Source: an uncultured Acidobacteriota bacterium (GTDB taxonomy: Bacteria; Acidobacteriota; Vicinamibacteria; Fen-336). Taken from it: DNA of 64,000 bases. Positions 62,105 through 64,000 of this stretch are shown in pieces. How positions within the stretch are numbered: the first letter of the stretch is position 1; each line of letters begins with the position of its first letter. The DNA lies in the NCBI GenBank assembly GCA_963720545.1, contig OY970399.1:1664001-1728000 (forward strand), written 5' to 3'. The position numbers and the translations under genes were made by a program. The notes beneath the pieces are model-generated. The model was given only the letters and a program-made list of their open reading frames with translations, ran no database searches and had not been told where the DNA came from.

Positions 62105-62146
62105 GAACATGTGAACAGATTGTCACGGGAGCGCCCCGGCCGTCAA
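62105..62146 (-). promoter_or_regulatory. Promoter with third TGTTCACATGTTC operator
   Basis: Minus strand TTGACG ... CAATCTGTTCACATGTTC. Confidence 0.65.
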
Positions 62147-62196
62147 CGAGGGAAACTTCTGGAAACAGCGCGTCCCCTGAGCGAGGCGACAAGACG

Positions 62197-63036
62197 ATGA
62201 CTCGACCGCGTCACGTTGATCCGGCGATCGCCGACTTTTATGAGAAGACGCCGGAGGAAGATCGGCTGGAACGAGGACCGTTTCTTCTCGAAGCGCTTCG
62301 CACGCGCGAACTGATCGAACGATATGCGCCGCCAGCACCGGCCACGGTGATGGACATCGGTGGCGGAGCTGGAGCCTATTCGCTGTGGCTGTCGGAGGCG
62401 GGCTATACCGTCCATCTGCTCGACGCAGCCCCACGTCTCATCGCCCAGGCGCAGGGCCGAAGCGAGACGAGTTCGCGACCGCTCGCGTCGTGCAGTGTCG
62501 GCGACGCCCGCGCCACGAATTTTGAGACTGGTTCGGCCGATATCGTCCTTCTCCTGGGACCGCTCTACCACCTGACGGAGGCGGCGGACCGCAATGCCGC
62601 CCTCGTGGAGGCGGCACGCATCCTCAAGCCCGCCGGACGACTGTTCGCCGCCGCCATATCGCGCTGGGCTTCAGCCCTGGACGGTCTCTCCCGAGACCTG
62701 TTCGAAGACCCCGAGTTTGCGGAGATCGTCGAGCGCGACGTACGGGACGGCCAGCACAGAAACCCCACCGAGCGCCTCGACTACTTCACCACCGCCTACT
62801 TCCACCGTCCCGAAAACCTGCGCGCAGAGGCCGACGCCGCCGGCCTGGCCGTCGATGGAATCTTTGGCCTGGAGGGCCCAGGCTGGTTGCTCGCGGACGT
62901 AAACGCGCGACTCGCGGACCCAAGACGCCGCGAAGACCTGCTGCGGATCGCTCGCACCTTCGAAGCGGAGCCTGTCGCTGCTCGGCATCAGCGCCCACCT
63001 GCTGTTAGTGGCGCACCGCACCTGACGGCTCCTTAA
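62197..63036 (+). CDS. Class I SAM-dependent methyltransferase, probable C-terminal frameshift
   Basis: DIGGGAG, GDAR, LLLGPLYHL, FTTAYFH. Confidence 0.85.
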   Translation: MTRPRHVDPAIADFYEKTPEEDRLERGPFLLEALRTRELIERYAPPAPATVMDIGGGAGAYSLWLSEAGYTVHLLDAAPRLIAQAQGRSETSSRPLASCSVGDARATNFETGSADIVLLLGPLYHLTEAADRNAALVEAARILKPAGRLFAAAISRWASALDGLSRDLFEDPEFAEIVERDVRDGQHRNPTERLDYFTTAYFHRPENLRAEADAAGLAVDGIFGLEGPGWLLADVNARLADPRRREDLLRIARTFEAEPVAARHQRPPAVSGAPHLTAP

Positions 63037-63620
63037 GACGAAGTCACGACGATTGCCGTACAAGGGCGCGCGCTGCCACGGCGATAGGTGTGCGCGACGC
63101 TCGAGTCGAAATAGATCGAGTCGCCGGTAGCCAGGGTGTGCTCGTCGCCCCCGATCTGCAGGCAAAGCGTACCGCCCAGCACGTAGATGAGCTCGGCGCC
63201 CGGATGCGTGTGCGGCCGCGCGGCGTCCTTCGCGGTTGCAGGGAACTCGGCAAAATAGGAGTTGAAGCGACGCTCCGGTGCGGGAAAGTCGAGCGACTCG
63301 AATCGGTACGCGGGTTGACGCTCGCCAGCGCGCTCGGGCAGCCGCACCCTCTGGGCCTTGCGCACCACTGCCGCCACCGGCTTCTCACGTGCGCCGGCGA
63401 AGAAGAACTCGAGGCCGACGCTGAAGACGAGAGCAATGCGCAGCAGTGTCGGCAATGTCGGGAACAGGCGCGAGCGCTCGATCTTCGACAGGAGCGCGGG
63501 CGAGAGGCCTGTGTGCCGGCCCAGCTCGACGAGCCCCATCTTCTTCTTCAGCCGCAGCGCGCGCACCTTCGCACCGATTCCGTAGCCACTCAGCCCGCTC
63601 GTCAAGGTTGCCGACAGCAT
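63033..63620 (-). CDS. XRE HTH plus cupin transcriptional regulator
   Basis: IGAKVRALR, LSKIER, HTHPGAE, GDSIYFDS. Confidence 0.9.
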   Translation of the reverse strand: MLSATLTSGLSGYGIGAKVRALRLKKKMGLVELGRHTGLSPALLSKIERSRLFPTLPTLLRIALVFSVGLEFFFAGAREKPVAAVVRKAQRVRLPERAGERQPAYRFESLDFPAPERRFNSYFAEFPATAKDAARPHTHPGAELIYVLGGTLCLQIGGDEHTLATGDSIYFDSSVAHTYRRGSARPCTAIVVTSS

Positions 63621-63706
63621 CGCGACTCTCCGGTTTCTTTCCTGACACTCAAGTTTCGCGATGACTTTGTCGTGCTGTTCACACGACTTGTCGTCGCCGA
63701 CACCGT

Positions 63707-63721
63707 TTGACTGATAGTCAA
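63707..63721. promoter_or_regulatory. Palindromic operator between the XRE-cupin and fasciclin genes
   Basis: TTGACT-GAT-AGTCAA. Confidence 0.55.
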
Positions 63722-63788
63722 TTTGAAGTGCACTAAGGTCAAGAGCATAACGAACGGATGTGCCGTTCGCCATGCAGGAGACAACCAA

Positions 63789-64000
63789 ATGTTGAGACAT
63801 CTCGCAACCGGTGCTGTGGCTTTGATGCTCGCCGCATCGACCCAGGTGCAAACCGCCGCCGCCGCTGACAAGGACATCGTCGATACGGCGGTCGCGGCCG
63901 GCTCGTTCAATACGCTCGCCAAGGCGCTGACCGCCGCCGGCCTCGTGGACACCCTCAAGGGTCCCGGTCCATTCACCGTCTTCGCACCCACGGACGAGGC
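63789..64000 (+). CDS. Fasciclin-domain protein (3' truncated by window edge)
   Basis: AGGAG RBS; signal peptide, [28 protein letters not shown]. Confidence 0.92.
   Translation, partial: MLRHLATGAVALMLAASTQVQTAAAADKDIVDTAVAAGSFNTLAKALTAAGLVDTLKGPGPFTVFAPTDE

Overview
GC-rich bacterial chromosomal window. Oar-like TonB-dependent receptors, Myxococcus-type MglAB and many secreted peptidases suggest Acidobacteriota (e.g. Vicinamibacteria); this taxon is an inference. The left half is a minus-strand housekeeping backbone, tadA - tRNA-Ser(CGA) - tRNA-Ser(GGA) - SRP RNA - dnaX - ybaB - recR - mglB - mglA, interrupted by accessory blocks after each tRNA and by a TonB-dependent receptor between ybaB and recR. 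No integrase, transposase or CRISPR array was seen. The best candidate for an undescribed system is a ~19 kb locus (42.8-62.1 kb) that looks like a D-amino-acid-peptide utilisation locus. It encodes a TonB receptor, a secreted CapA/MslH-like metalloenzyme, two D-aminoacylases, a secreted M55 D-aminopeptidase, two beta-lactamase-fold hydrolases, an S9 peptidase, an APC permease, a cyclodeaminase, an aminotransferase, a SelA-like PLP enzyme and a GntR, linked by two recurrent operator motifs visible in the DNA. The second candidate is a ~190 nt structured ncRNA behind a sigma54-type promoter at 31.3-31.5 kb. Product calls come from motif recognition by eye, not database searches.
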